NCBI RefSeq assembly: GCF_006345805.1
Contig: NC_043009.1
Location: forward strand, 32,178,001 to 32,242,000
Direction of reading: 5' to 3'
Source: Octopus sinensis
Taxonomy: Eukaryota
DNA length: 64,000 bases
Shown: one piece after another, positions 13,189 to 25,781 of the stretch
Layout of the letters: the number at the start of each line of letters is the position of its first letter
How positions within the stretch are numbered: position 1 is the stretch's first letter
Made by a program: the position numbers and the translations under genes
The notes under the pieces: model-generated
What the model was told of the DNA's origin: nothing
The model's input: the letters and a program-made list of their open reading frames with translations, nothing else
The model's database searches: none

Positions 13189-14383
13189 GAGGGATGCGTA
13201 AGATATTTGAGGACAGATTTATGTTCATAAAAAAACATATAATAACAGATAATAACTTTATCAAAAAAATGCAATGAGAATGAAAATAAATCTTTTCAGC
13301 TTGCTTCATCAGCTGCTTCTATATGAGATCTAAATCCTCTACATGCTCGAATCAAGTGAACCTGATTCCTTTTGCGCATTACTCTGACTATGGCCACTTT
13401 CAAAGAATGTTTGGTGCTTCAGGTGTGTTCATTGACCTCTTTCTCTCGACAACGCTCCACATGTCCAATAGATTGAGATCTGGGGAATTAGGAGACCAAA
13501 TGCTAGGGGTTACGTGATCGTGAAAATTTTCAGCCATCCATTCCTGTTTTACTAGAGTCATGGGTGATAGTGCAGAGTCTTCTTGAAACACTTATAGCCT
13601 TTCTATCCATATACATTTTCTATCCAGGGCTTAACAATTACGTCCAGGACCTAAGGCCTTGTGGAAAGAAGTAAGGAAGCATCACATGTCTTTCATTGTT
13701 GAGAAACCCTAAAACCATGACAGTTGCAGGAAATGTTTTGCGCATAACACTTTAAATTTCAGAAGGATTTGCACATAACCATCTGTCGTTTCTTCTGTTA
13801 ACGTTTTGATCTTGGTCGAAGTTATTCTCGTTTGAGAAAAACCAAATCAAATCTTCTGCTGGATTTTTCAGTTTAAGAGCCTTTTAGATCTGATGTAATG
13901 ATTTTGTTTGTCTTTCCTGACAGATTGACCTTTCCTTATCATATAAGACTTATATCTGTTGTCTTCATGGACATTTCTGATTGTTCCTTCTGACATATGG
14001 AGATCTTTTGCTATTGACCCCATGGACTTTCAGGGATTGTAATCAATGGTATGTTGAACTTGCTGGATAAATTCAAGTGTCCTGATAATCTCAGAGCTTT
14101 TAGAATGCTTTTTATGCTTTGATGCTGGTGATACGTTACCATCTTCAGTCTCTATCTCCTTGCAAACTTTGTAGACGAAATATCAGGAAACTTTTAAAAA
14201 TCGAGATATTTCTAAATCCCTATACTCAACATTTATAACCACAATAACAGCATGCCTCTTCATGTCTTGAGTAAGCTGAGGGTCTGCCATTATTATTTTC
14301 TGAAACAAAGTTTATACAGAGTTAGGAAAATATGCAGCAATGACTCCCAAAAAGGTATGTCCTCAAATACCTTACGTACCCTG
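13189..14383 (-). mobile_element. near-full-length decayed Tc1/mariner, DD37D (maT) family
   Basis: ~26 bp TIRs (13189-13215 and 14358-14383, CAGGGT end, TA flank on the right). Minus frames give [41 protein letters not shown]...WSPNSPDLNLLD (37 residues between the 2nd and 3rd D) and HLIRACRGFRSHIEA. Stops and frameshifts present. Confidence 0.9.
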
Positions 14384-14395
14384 TATATATATATA

Positions 14396-14449
<54 letters not shown>

Positions 14450-14482
14450 ATGTGTGTGTGTGTGTGTTTATATATATATGTG

Positions 14483-14537
<55 letters not shown>

Positions 14538-14899
14538 TTATATATATATATGTATATGTATATGTATATATGTATATATATTTATGTATATATGTATATA
14601 TATATATATATATATATACACTCACAGAGAAAAGCGTCATCCAATACGCTATTATCTCTTAACTTATCTTAATATCTATTGGTTTACTTAAGTATATTTC
14701 ATGTTTCATTTATTATGTTCCACTCACTTCCTTAAAGAATTGCTGGTTTTCTGTCTAAATCAGAAATAGTTAATTTTGTACAAAATGGTGAAATAAGCTG
14801 ACATCCATTACTCGCAAATTATCTTGTAGTTATAACCCGTCTTAGTTTATATGTCCAGTACTGAGTATGTATCAGGAACAAGACACACGTAAACTAAAG

Positions 14900-15125
14900 T
14901 TGTCTTCTTGAATCATACTGACTTACAGGGGCCGGTGTCCCGGTTTCATGACGTATAAATTCTCCACCTGGATGGGGCGGCGGTCCCTCATAGGATTGCT
15001 AATTTTTGCCATCTGAGCAGACTGAAGCAACGTGAAATGAAGTGTCTAGCTCAAGAACACAACGCGTTGCTCGGTCTTTGAATTGAAACCACAACCTAAC
15101 GATCATGAGTCTTGCACCCTGACCT
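14900..15125 (-). mobile_element. decayed tRNA/CORE-like SINE (family C)
   Basis: tgaagtgtctagctcaagaacacaacgc core shared with the copies at 36.1, 38.9 and 57.9 kb. Confidence 0.65.
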
Positions 15126-15588
15126 CCACGAATAAGACACATGAAGAATGACGACTGGAGATACAAATCTGCTGCAATATGGTATTTTAAATTTTAGGTA
15201 AGAAATATTTAATCTCTAAAGTTGAAGCTAATTATTAGCTTATTAACAAGTAATCTCAAATATTTAAACATTTAATCAATTGTTCAGTTTTCTTCTACTG
15301 TAATATTTCCACTACACAATTAAACAGCAGTCTACATACTTTTAGTATATGTAAGCATCAATTTCATGTTTCCATACTTAAAGAAATCACCTCCAGCACA
15401 TCTTGGCCTATCATGCATGGGAAGCATGAAATCATAATTAGCTTCTTAATTACGGAATGCTTTTATTAATTATTCCACAAGCAAGTTGTTATGCGTATCT
15501 TTTATATGAAATTCAACCAAGCCTTATATTTTTTAAATAAGTATCCAAATTGAATTGCATTTCAATAGTTCTCTGCAACTGAGATATT

Positions 15589-16988
15589 TTCTCCACAGCA
15601 ATGGAAGAACGTCTGAGAAATGTTCTATCTCAAGTGAAAATTCACTGAAACAGACGACATCTTGCTATCTGTTTCAATGCTTGTCGTAGAAATATTTTTT
15701 TCATAGCATACTCTCACATGTTATAAGCTGTCAAAATTATGCGTGGTATGCAATAAATAGAATATCTGTTAGAACGTCGGAAAATATGTAGTAGTATTTC
15801 CTCAGGTTCTGAGTTCAAATCTCAGGCAGACTAACTTTGCCTTTCATCCTTTCGGAATGACTAAAATAAAATACCAGTCAAGTAGTGGGGATGATAGTAT
15901 CAAGGATACTTCCCTCTGGAAAATTGCTGGCAATGTGCCTAAATGATGATGATGATCCTCCTCATCCACATCATCATCATCATCATCATCTCCGTCTCGT
16001 CATAATCATTATCATCATCGCCGTCATCGTTGCCAACATCACCACCATCATCTCTCTTCCCTTCCTCCTCCTCCTCCTCCTCACCATCATCAGTTTCAGT
16101 TATAATCACCACTATTACTATCATTATTATTATCCTCATCCTCACCATTTTTAATTCTTCTGTACATCATAGATCTTAATGACCGGAATGGCAACTGACT
16201 GTCACTGCAGTCTCAAGATTTCACGCAGTAAGTATTCATCTCGAAATATATGTGCTTTCAGGCAATCCTGATTGGTGAGCTGAGTTTGTAATGGATTTTC
16301 TTGTCGTCATTAACGAGATTTCAGCCTTTTGTGGGTGAAGGTTGATTCACTATCCCCATTATGCCTAGTTTTTCTCTAAAACATTAATATTTTGACCTCT
16401 AGTTCTTAATATTGCCAATTTCAAGAAATCCCATTTTGCCACATGCCAAATTATTTCATCGAACGTTGAAAATTGCTGAAAATAAGTAAAGTATCTAATT
16501 CCATCACACACGCATGTCAATAGCAAGGTTTATACATTTATTCTATCATAACAAATGTCTTTATACGAAAATGGAGCTAAGATGGAAAATGGGAAGCAAG
16601 AGTTTAACTTTGTTTTAGCTGATGCCTCATATTTCGGTTTTTGTAATCAAGTAAGGTGTCCCTTGAGAAAGGTAAGTTGTTTCTACCAAGCAGTTGACAA
16701 AACTTCATATCAAGAATTATAGGAAGTTAAAAAACAAATGCTTCGCCATTCCTTGCTTATTTGTTAACTTAGTAATTACTTTCAATCCATTCCGGAGTAC
16801 AAAACTGAATGAAAAAAGCTGTTAAGATATTAATTAATTGTTGACTTTAAGAATAATGCAAAGCAATTCACGCAAACAAGATATAGTAACCAAGTTAGAT
16901 TTATGCAGGTAAGTTGTTTTTCTACTTATTCCCAAATTGTAAGTTCAATCTGCATTAATGCAACTGTGATGTCACAGCCTTTTGGCAG
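15589..16988 (+). CDS. hypothetical chain of short exons (15589-15623, 16262-16274, 16619-16671, 16852-16908, 16978-16988)
   Basis: Canonical AG/GT sites; phases join to MEERLRNVLSQ-AILI-ADASYFGFCNQVRCPLRK-NNAKQFTQTRYSNQVRFMQ-PFG. No homology recognised and alternative joins exist. Confidence 0.25.
15943..16145. repeat. (CAT/CCT/TAT)n trinucleotide low-complexity tract
   Basis: Direct reading. Confidence 0.9.
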
Positions 16989-17934
16989 GTAACTCTACTT
17001 ACAACAATTTGCTGGCTAACAAACTAGTTATACACCAATTTTACATTTCCCGACTGGGGACTGAAAGTACGTAATTTGTGATAAAACTATTATGGCAATG
17101 TAAATTTCTAGATAAATGGACGCACACTCATACACAGCTCTACACAAAAAAAATGATAAAACATGGAAAAATGGAATACTAGAAGTATTACGAAGGTAAA
17201 TATGAAAACTCAGCATTCTCAGAAACCATTTGCAGACTGTTCATCAAAGAGGCAATTTATCTTTAAAAATCGATTTTGATTATTAAAACATTCGGAAATA
17301 TATACCAAGACATTTATCTTAAATTAAAAATAACTAAATTAATAAACAAAAAGATATTCATTTTCTATTTATTTATTGTCTTGTATATATTCTACCTTGT
17401 AGGAATATTAATTACAAAACACACATACATGTTGACTTTTATTGAATAAAATAGGTTTATCTCTGATTAATCAATCTTGCAGTACAAAACTAGGTGAATG
17501 TGTTCTTCAGTGTGACACAACATGTTTCTATTACAAAACAGATAACATTCAAAATTTAATAACATTTCCAGCTTCACACTAATATCCCAATAAGTAGAAT
17601 ATTCCCCACAAACGGATGTTCTTCATTTTCAATTTGAATCAATGAAACTAAAATAAAATGTAGTGTATATAAAATACACTGTATACAGTGTGGCTTGTTA
17701 GAATGTACAATTGATGATGTCTAATAGGAAGACGAAGTGTCATGGTGATTTTAAACCATCTGTCTTTACATTAAACGTATTAAGGAATTGTTTGCAGTTG
17801 TCACAATACATGGTCTTGGCATAAAATCATGCTATGTTCCGTAGTAGATTATAGCTACAATACTAAACACCGTTATACATATGTATAGCTATCTATATCT
17901 ATATATGTGTGAATACACACACACATATATATGC

Positions 17935-18011
<77 letters not shown>

Positions 18012-20024
18012 TTGTGTGTGTGTGTAAATGGCCTGAATCATTGTCAAAACTGATTAAGGGGCACGAAGGAATGCAGAACCCTTCTTGCATTAACTCTGTG
18101 TATGAAACTGAAGTCATTTTGATATAATCTTTGCTTTGTATACACCCAATAGATTAAGTACCAGTAAGATTAGACATGTGAAAGCACATGGTTTAGTTGT
18201 TACGGACATAGGTTAGGCTGGGTTACGGATGGTTAGGCTGGGTGTTTGATTCTCGGATCTACCAGCACATGGTTCCCTTGACTTAATTTTTATTGTGCCA
18301 GTACACGTCACTGAAAATAAGTACTAATCATACCTGGATGGAGTTTCCTATGATGGACTGGCTTTCAATGCAGACGTAAGGGATTCTCTTGCTCTCAGCC
18401 TAAATGCCTTGAAAATTCCAATAAGTTTTGGCGCAACGAGTCTGTAAGCATGACGCAAATATAAAAATATCATTAGATCTATTTAATCCATTTTACACTT
18501 TTCCACACGAAAAATAGATTCGTCCCCAGTGAAAATAATTGAATATACTTCACCTGCTCTAAAAGGGGTCACAAGAATATCCAAAGATTCCAAAATGTGA
18601 ATTGGTATCAGAAAGTTTAAATTGATAGTCTGCTTTTAATGTGATGTTGTATTCTTGGAAAGATAGCACCGAGTTGCATATATCTTACATAAAATATACA
18701 CGCCAGCCTATCTTTGAGAGAACAGCATAGTATGAAAATGGCATTTATGCCGTTCATGTAGAAAATGGTGTGAAAACGAAAGATAATTACCTGCTCTGAA
18801 ATCCATTAGAACTCATAAAAAGGAATGATTAAATAAACATTTTATTCAGTTTATCAACTCTAGACGTATGGAATATAAATCTAACTCTTTTAGTATTCAA
18901 ACCCAGATGCATGAAAACCCCGAATATAAAATACACAGTATGGCTCATAGTTTCTTTCTTACTTATTTTTGCCGTTTCGCGTTTTTATAACAAATAAAAG
19001 AGAAACAAAAACAGGAGTCAACATCATAGATCAATTTAGATGATTTTACTTCAATACTGACATAGAAAGCATTTCAAAGACTTCAACAGTGTTTGCTCAA
19101 TTTTGTTTTACGTTTTTAATAAAAAATCAAAAAATGCTTAAAGCTTCTTACTATGTCCAGTTCAATTCCACCGGCACAAAAAGAATATAAAACAAAATAA
19201 TAACCATAAAAAAGAAACATAAATGTGTCATGTCTTAACAAATGTTAGTAGCATGCAATCAGAGATATCTATATTGTAGCATAGATGCATTGATTTTCGT
19301 ACATGTCACATTTAAGCATAGCTGAAAGCTCTGGTCTCAGAGATGTGATTAGATGCATGTCTGTTGGTTCAGTATGTCTGCGCATTCATCAATCTATTTA
19401 TTACAGTAAGCATCGAAAGAGGTGCTCAAGTTTGCTCAACTGGTTGATTTCCTTATTTACATCAATAATTGTTAGTCAGTCTCCTTTACGTATCTCGATT
19501 CTATTTTAAGTGATATTTGCCAAATTGCCGATTCAATCAGGCTCTCTTTCAATTGATAGCAACGCAGGAGATGAATTGTAAAATGCCGCTTCCTCTGCTT
19601 TAATGCATGATTTCATGTAGCAATCAACAGATTGTTACAAAGACTTTGCGTTATTCAACAAAATATCTGTGTGGATGTCGTAGTGTGTGTGTGTGCGTTT
19701 ATATAGTATGTGTTCATAATTTTGTATAAGTATGTACTTGCATATGTATACGTATGTATTTATAGAAATACCACACACTCACACACACACAATACAAATA
19801 TCGGTATATCTATCTGTCCTTTTAACTATTTATTTCTCACTCATTTTCTCACTCTTTCACTATATCCCTCACTCTCTCTTTCGCTTTCTCCCCTCTCTCT
19901 CTATATATATATACATACACACATACATATATGCATAAGTATAATATCTTTGCTCATACGCATTACTGTACACATACATCAACACAGATACAAGAAGCCA
20001 TGCATGCACACATATACAACATCT

Positions 20025-20055
<31 letters not shown>

Positions 20056-20073
20056 ATGATAGATAAATATACG

Positions 20074-20111
<38 letters not shown>

Positions 20112-20381
20112 CATATGTGTTGTGTGATGCATCCATGTGTGGTGTTTAAATATAGTGATAGGTGTGTACAACTATAAATACACAAACACGCGCACACACA
20201 CACAATATATATATATGTATGTCTGTATGTAAATATACTTATATACATACATGAGTGTGAAAAACTATGTGCAAGTGGTACCGAATACACGTTTTTATAT
20301 ATATTGATGTTTTATAATCTAAATGTACACACATGCACACACGCACAGAAGTACTTATGGCGATGAACATAAGTAAATATA

Positions 20382-20428
<47 letters not shown>

Positions 20429-20650
20429 CAATTAGTCAATTTAGGGTAGCAAAAAAATTCAATAGAAATTTATCCGCAACCAGCGGCCTGGTGAAAAAGA
20501 GAAAATAGTCATCGACTAAATATATAAATATAACGATTTAGGAGTGACCCCAACAGGTCACTCGTCCACCAGAAAGAGCAGCCATAACTCACACCGCCAA
20601 GTATTATTAATTCAGAAATTAGGTGAAAATTTAAAACATTTACCCTAATT

Positions 20651-20760
20651 CATCTTTTAGACGTTGCACACGTTTCTGTGTCATTAATGATTAAATTAGC
20701 TTAATTAAATTAAATTAAGCCAATCTATCTACCATAGGTTACACTTCATCAGTAAAGACC
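20651..20760 (-). ncRNA. type-I hammerhead ribozyme, copy 1 (extra base in stem III)
   Basis: Reverse complement of GAC(20660)...GTTTC...TCATCAG(20746-52); gttgcacac instead of gttgcaac. Confidence 0.65.
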
Positions 20761-21126
20761 TGGGAGAGACAAATATACACGAGGCGTCTGTATCGACCTA
20801 CGGGATATCTGACTTAAAATTTTCAAGACTGACGTATTCGCGCCAAACTTATCAACAGTAAATATAAACTGCCGATTCAATCTCAGAATTATTCAGAAAA
20901 TTATCAATTAGTCAATTTAGGGTAGCAAAAAAATTCAATAGAAATTTATCGCAACCAGCGGCCTGGTGAAAAAAAGAAAATAGTCATCGACTAAATATAT
21001 AAATATAACGATTTAGGAGTGACCCCAACAGGTCACTCGTCCACCAGAAAGAGCAGCCATAACTCACACCGCCAAGTATTATTAATTCAGAAATTAGGTG
21101 AAAATTTAAAAACATTTACCCTAATT

Positions 21127-21231
21127 CATCTTTTAGACGTTGCAACGTTTCTGTGTCATTAATGATTAAATTAGCTTAATTAAATTAAATTAAGCCAATC
21201 TACCATAGGTTACACTTCATCAGTAAAGACC
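21127..21231 (-). ncRNA. type-I hammerhead ribozyme, copy 2
   Basis: Intact CUGAUGA...GAAAC-GUUGCAAC-GUC on the minus strand. Confidence 0.8.
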
Positions 21232-21596
21232 TGGGAGAGACAAATATACACGAGGCGTCTGTATCGAAGCCTACGGGATATCTGACTTAAAATTTTCAAG
21301 ACTGACGTATTCGCGCCAAACTTATCAACAGTAAATATAAACTGCCGATTCAATCTCAGAATTATTCAGAAAATTATCAATTAGTCAATTTAGGGTAGCA
21401 AAAAAATTCAATAGAAATTTATCGCAACCAGCGGCCTGGTGAAAAAGAGAAAATAGTCATCGACTAAATATTAAATATAACGATTTAGGAGTGACCCCAA
21501 CAGGTCACTCGTCCCCAGAAAGAGCAGCCATAACTCACACCGCCAAGTATTATTAATTCAGAAATTAGGTGAAAATTTAAAAACATTTACCCTAAT

Positions 21597-21704
21597 TCAT
21601 CTTTTAGGACGTTTGCAACGTTTCTGTGTCATTAATGATTAAATTAGCTTAATTAAATTAAATTAAGCCAATCTACCATAGGTTACACTTCATCAGTAAA
21701 GACC
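21597..21704 (-). ncRNA. type-I hammerhead ribozyme, copy 3 (two 1-nt insertions)
   Basis: Core intact; ttaggacgtttgcaac indels. Confidence 0.65.
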
Positions 21705-22075
21705 TGGGAAGACAATATACACGAGGCGTCTGTATCGAAGCCTACGGGATATCTGACTTAAAATTTTCAAGACTGACGTATTCGCGCCAAACTTATCAAC
21801 AGTAAATATAACTGCCGATTCAATCTCAGAATTATTCAGAAAATTATCAATTAGTCAATTTAGGGTAGCAAAAAAATTCAATAGAAATTATCGCAACCAG
21901 CGGCCTGGTGAAAAAGAGAAAATAGTCATCGACTAAATATATAAATATAACGATTTAGGGTGACCCCAACAGGTCACTCGTCCACCAGAAAGAGCAGCCA
22001 TAACTACACACCGCCAACACCGCCAAGTATTATTAATTCAGAAATTAGGTGAAAATTAAAACATTTACCCTAATT

Positions 22076-22179
22076 CATCTTTTAGACGTTGCAACGTTTC
22101 TGTGTCATTAATGATTAATTAGCTTAATTAAATTAAATTAAGCCAATCTACCATAGGTTACACTTCATCAGTAAAGACC
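22076..22179 (-). ncRNA. type-I hammerhead ribozyme, copy 4
   Basis: Intact core on the minus strand. Confidence 0.8.
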
Positions 22180-22373
22180 TGGGAGAGACAAATATACACG
22201 AGGCGTCTGTATCGAAGCCTACGGGATATCTGACTTAAAATTTTCAAGACTGACGTATTCGCGCCAAACTTATCAACAGTAAATTTGGCGCGAATACGTC
22301 AGTCTTGAAAATTTTAAGTCAGATATCCCGTAGGCTTCGATACAGACGCCTCGTGTATATTGTGTCTCTCCCA

Positions 22374-22478
22374 GGTCTTTACTGATGAAGTGTAACCTAT
22401 GGTAGATTGGCTTAATTTAATTTAATTAAGCTAATTTAATCATTAATGACACAGAAACGTTGCAACGTCTAAAAGATG
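22374..22478 (+). ncRNA. type-I hammerhead ribozyme, copy 5
   Basis: gtcttta-CTGATGA(22382-88)-a-gtgt...acac-a-GAAAC(22454-58)-gttgcaac-GTC(22467-69)-taaaagat; predicted cleavage after 22469. Confidence 0.8.
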
Positions 22479-22844
22479 AATTAGGGTAAATGTTTTTAAA
22501 TTTTCACCTAATTTCTGAATTAATAATACTTGGCGGTGTGAGTTATGGCTGCTCTTTCTGGTGGACGAGTGACCTGTTGGGGTCACTCCTAAATCGTTAT
22601 ATTTATATATTTAGTCGATGACTATTTTCTCTTTTTCACCAGGCCGCTGGTTGCGATAAATTTCTATTGAATTTTTTTGCTACCTAAATTGACTAATTGA
22701 AATTTTCTGAATAATTCTGAGATTGAATCGGCAGTTTATATTTACTGTTGATAAGTTTGGCGCGAATACGTCAGTCTTGAAAATTTTAAGTCAGATATCC
22801 CGTAGGCTTCGATACAGACGCCTCGTGTATATTTGTCTCTCCCA

Positions 22845-22948
22845 GGTCTTTACTGATGAAGTGTAACCTATGGTAGATTGGCTTAATTTAATTTAATTAA
22901 GCTAATTAATCATTAATGACACAGAAACGTTGCAACGTCTAAAAGATG
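22845..22948 (+). ncRNA. type-I hammerhead ribozyme, copy 6
   Basis: CTGATGA 22853-59, GAAAC 22924-28, GTC 22937-39. Confidence 0.8.
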
Positions 22949-23314
22949 AATTAGGGTAAATGTTTTTAAATTTTCACCTAATTCTGAATTAATAATACTT
23001 GGCGGTGTGAGTTATGGCTGCTCTTTCTGGTGGACGAGTGACCTGTTGGGGTCACTCCTAAATCGTTATATTTATATATTTAGTCGATGACTATTTTCTC
23101 TTTTTCACCAGGCCGCTGGTTGCGATAAATTTCTATTGAATTTTTTTGCTACCCTAAATTGACTAATTGATAATTTCTGAATAATTCTGAGATTGAATCG
23201 GCAGTTTATATTTACTGTTGATAAGTTTGGCGCGAATACGTCAGTCTTGAAAATTTTAAGTCAGATATCCCGTAGGCTTCGATACAGACGCCTCGTGTAT
23301 ATTTGTCTCTCCCA

Positions 23315-23419
23315 GGTCTTTACTGATGAAGTGTAACCTATGGTAGATTGGCTTAATTTAATTTAATTAAGCTAATTTAATCATTAATGACACAGAAACG
23401 TTGCAACGTCTAAAAGATG
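23315..23419 (+). ncRNA. type-I hammerhead ribozyme, copy 7
   Basis: CTGATGA 23323-29, GAAAC 23395-99, GTC 23408-10. Confidence 0.8.
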
Positions 23420-23537
23420 AATTAGGGTAAATGTTTTTAAATTTTCACCTAATTTCTGAATTAATAATACTTGGCGGTGTGAGTTATGGCTGCTCTTTCT
23501 GGTGGACGAGTGACCTGTTGGGGTCACTCCTAAATCG

Positions 23538-23594
<57 letters not shown>

Positions 23595-24333
23595 TGTATA
23601 TATACATTTATATATATATATACATATATATATACATATGTATACATATATATATATATACATACACACCATATATATTATAATACATACATACATACAT
23701 ATATTATTTTCGAAACTAGATACATACATAGAATTGTTTATACATCTGTTTAAGTATATATAAAAGAATATGTAGACACGTGAAGGAATATACATATACT
23801 ATAATCATATACATTGTTTCAAAGTTTCTATTAAAATTATGATGCATAACAACATATACATGCATGCATACATACGTATACATATATATGTATATGTATG
23901 TATATATGTATATATATATATATATATATATGAGTGTGTCTGTGTGTATGTATATAAACATATATATTGTATGTAGAAGAGAAGATAAAAAAATGGTAGA
24001 TAGTTCCTTTCTTCAATAAATAAATATATAAATGTAAATAAAAGACATCGCCCAAACCGTTAAGTAGGAAATCAATAACTGTGTGATAAATGGTGAAATA
24101 ATTCATATTATTACAAAAGTTGTCACAGGCTAGTTGGTATTCCATAGAAACGGTGTTTATTTAATGATATATATGTGTGTGTGTGTGTGTATGCGCGTGT
24201 GCGTGTGTGTGTTTCACACACTCTTCGGCGCACACACAGACATGAAGTGTTATCTCTTTTAAAATAATACGTGGTTAAAAAAACAACAAATTATAAAGAG
24301 ATTTCACATCAAATATCTTCTGACCAACAACTC

Positions 24334-24374
<41 letters not shown>

Positions 24375-24403
24375 GAACATACATACAGGACAGACAAATA
24401 GAC

Positions 24404-24447
<44 letters not shown>

Positions 24448-24583
24448 CATACACATTGTAGCAAACACTTAATCACTGCAGGTCCTGTTAGCTACTGTAG
24501 TGGGTGTCCATCTAAAGCACACCAGTATACATATGCCTTCGTTAGGGCTTGATTACCTCGACGAGCAGATACATAACACTTGC

Positions 24584-25781
24584 ATTGTGTATTTAGACTT
24601 TTTTACAGTAGATTTGTTTATATTTGTGTCGCCTCACACTTACATAATAAGGCCTTGCATCATTTGTAACATGACTTTGCCTTCTGATTTCTTAAATAGT
24701 GGACATAAACGGTCACCTATTTTAACACCATCCCTTAGAATGCCTGAATTTTGCATAGTTCAGATGTGTGGTTGGCGCACAACTTCTTTAAGTCTTCTCA
24801 TTAGTCTTGGAGGAAATGAAAACTTGTGTCTTTGGCACTGTCGCACTGATTAATTATTAAAACTAAGCAAAAATCAAACATGGAAGGAAACATATTTATT
24901 CCAACTGTTTATATCTCCTGTTACTCAGTCGTACAATTTAAAATAGGTGTGTAAACTGTTTGCCAGACAGCAAATAGAAGTGAAGTGAATCATTTATCAA
25001 AGACATATAACATAATTGCTGCAGATGTAGGGTTTCAAATTAGGATCCTGAAATAAGCAGAGTGTCACAATTCGGATTTGGTTACACACACACATATATA
25101 TAGTCATTTATTTTTGCTTTATTCTTGATGAATATAATTAATGCATTAACATTCCTGTATATTTAGTTTGGAACTCTCTATCAAGAATTTGGGGAAGCTG
25201 TGTTGAGGAAACAACTTCCTAATTCTATTCGGCCCCTCAATTGGATACACATGAAACAGAAGCTTGAACTAATGAGAACCTCTACAAGTCTCGAATGGCC
25301 TAGAAATTGGCCTTCAACTCACTAACACATTGTAAAATATAAAGGAAATTATCAAATATTGAACAAATGTTCAGAACATTACTTCTCCAGTTGGGTTCAT
25401 TGGCACGGAGTTTATTTCCTTTTGCCTGAAATTTTAAATTACATCCCAAACCCGTTGGGTGGATAAGTCGGTTCAGTAAACTGGGAGAAGTAACATTTCT
25501 TTACGTGAATTACTTGTCTAGAGACTCAACATAATATTTGTAGGATAGGAACTCAGAACCCACCAAAATATTGTGTATATGTGTGTGTGTACATATGTGT
25601 GTTTTTGTAGTATATGCTTATATGTGTGTATGTGTATATACGTGCGTGCTTTATATCTGTGCGTGTTTGTGTATGTATGTATATTAATGATAATTTCTGA
25701 GAGCATATGCAGAAAATTATGCAAGTGTGAGGCGTCACAAATATAAACAAATCTACTGTAAAAAAAGTCTAAATACACAAT
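24584..25781. repeat. pair of ~65 bp inverted repeats 1.07 kb apart (24584-24647 and 25716-25781)
   Basis: attgtgtatttagactttttt...cgcctcacacttacataat versus its reverse complement, about 4 differences; no TSD or ORF seen. Confidence 0.75.

Larger units (their letters stand above)
20428..23542. mobile_element. HHR-bearing ~473 bp tandem array forming a giant inverted repeat (retrozyme / Penelope pLTR-like)
   Basis: Left-arm monomers start at 20428, 20904, 21377 and 21847. Inversion junction at 22283/22284. Right-arm registers at 22284, 22756 and 23226. (TA)n on both flanks; each monomer carries a type-I HHR. Confidence 0.9.

Noticed and set aside
13280-13320. CTGATGA-agcaagct-GAAA on the minus strand
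   Set aside because: No stem III or NUH, and it lies in the last codons of the maT transposase; coincidental.
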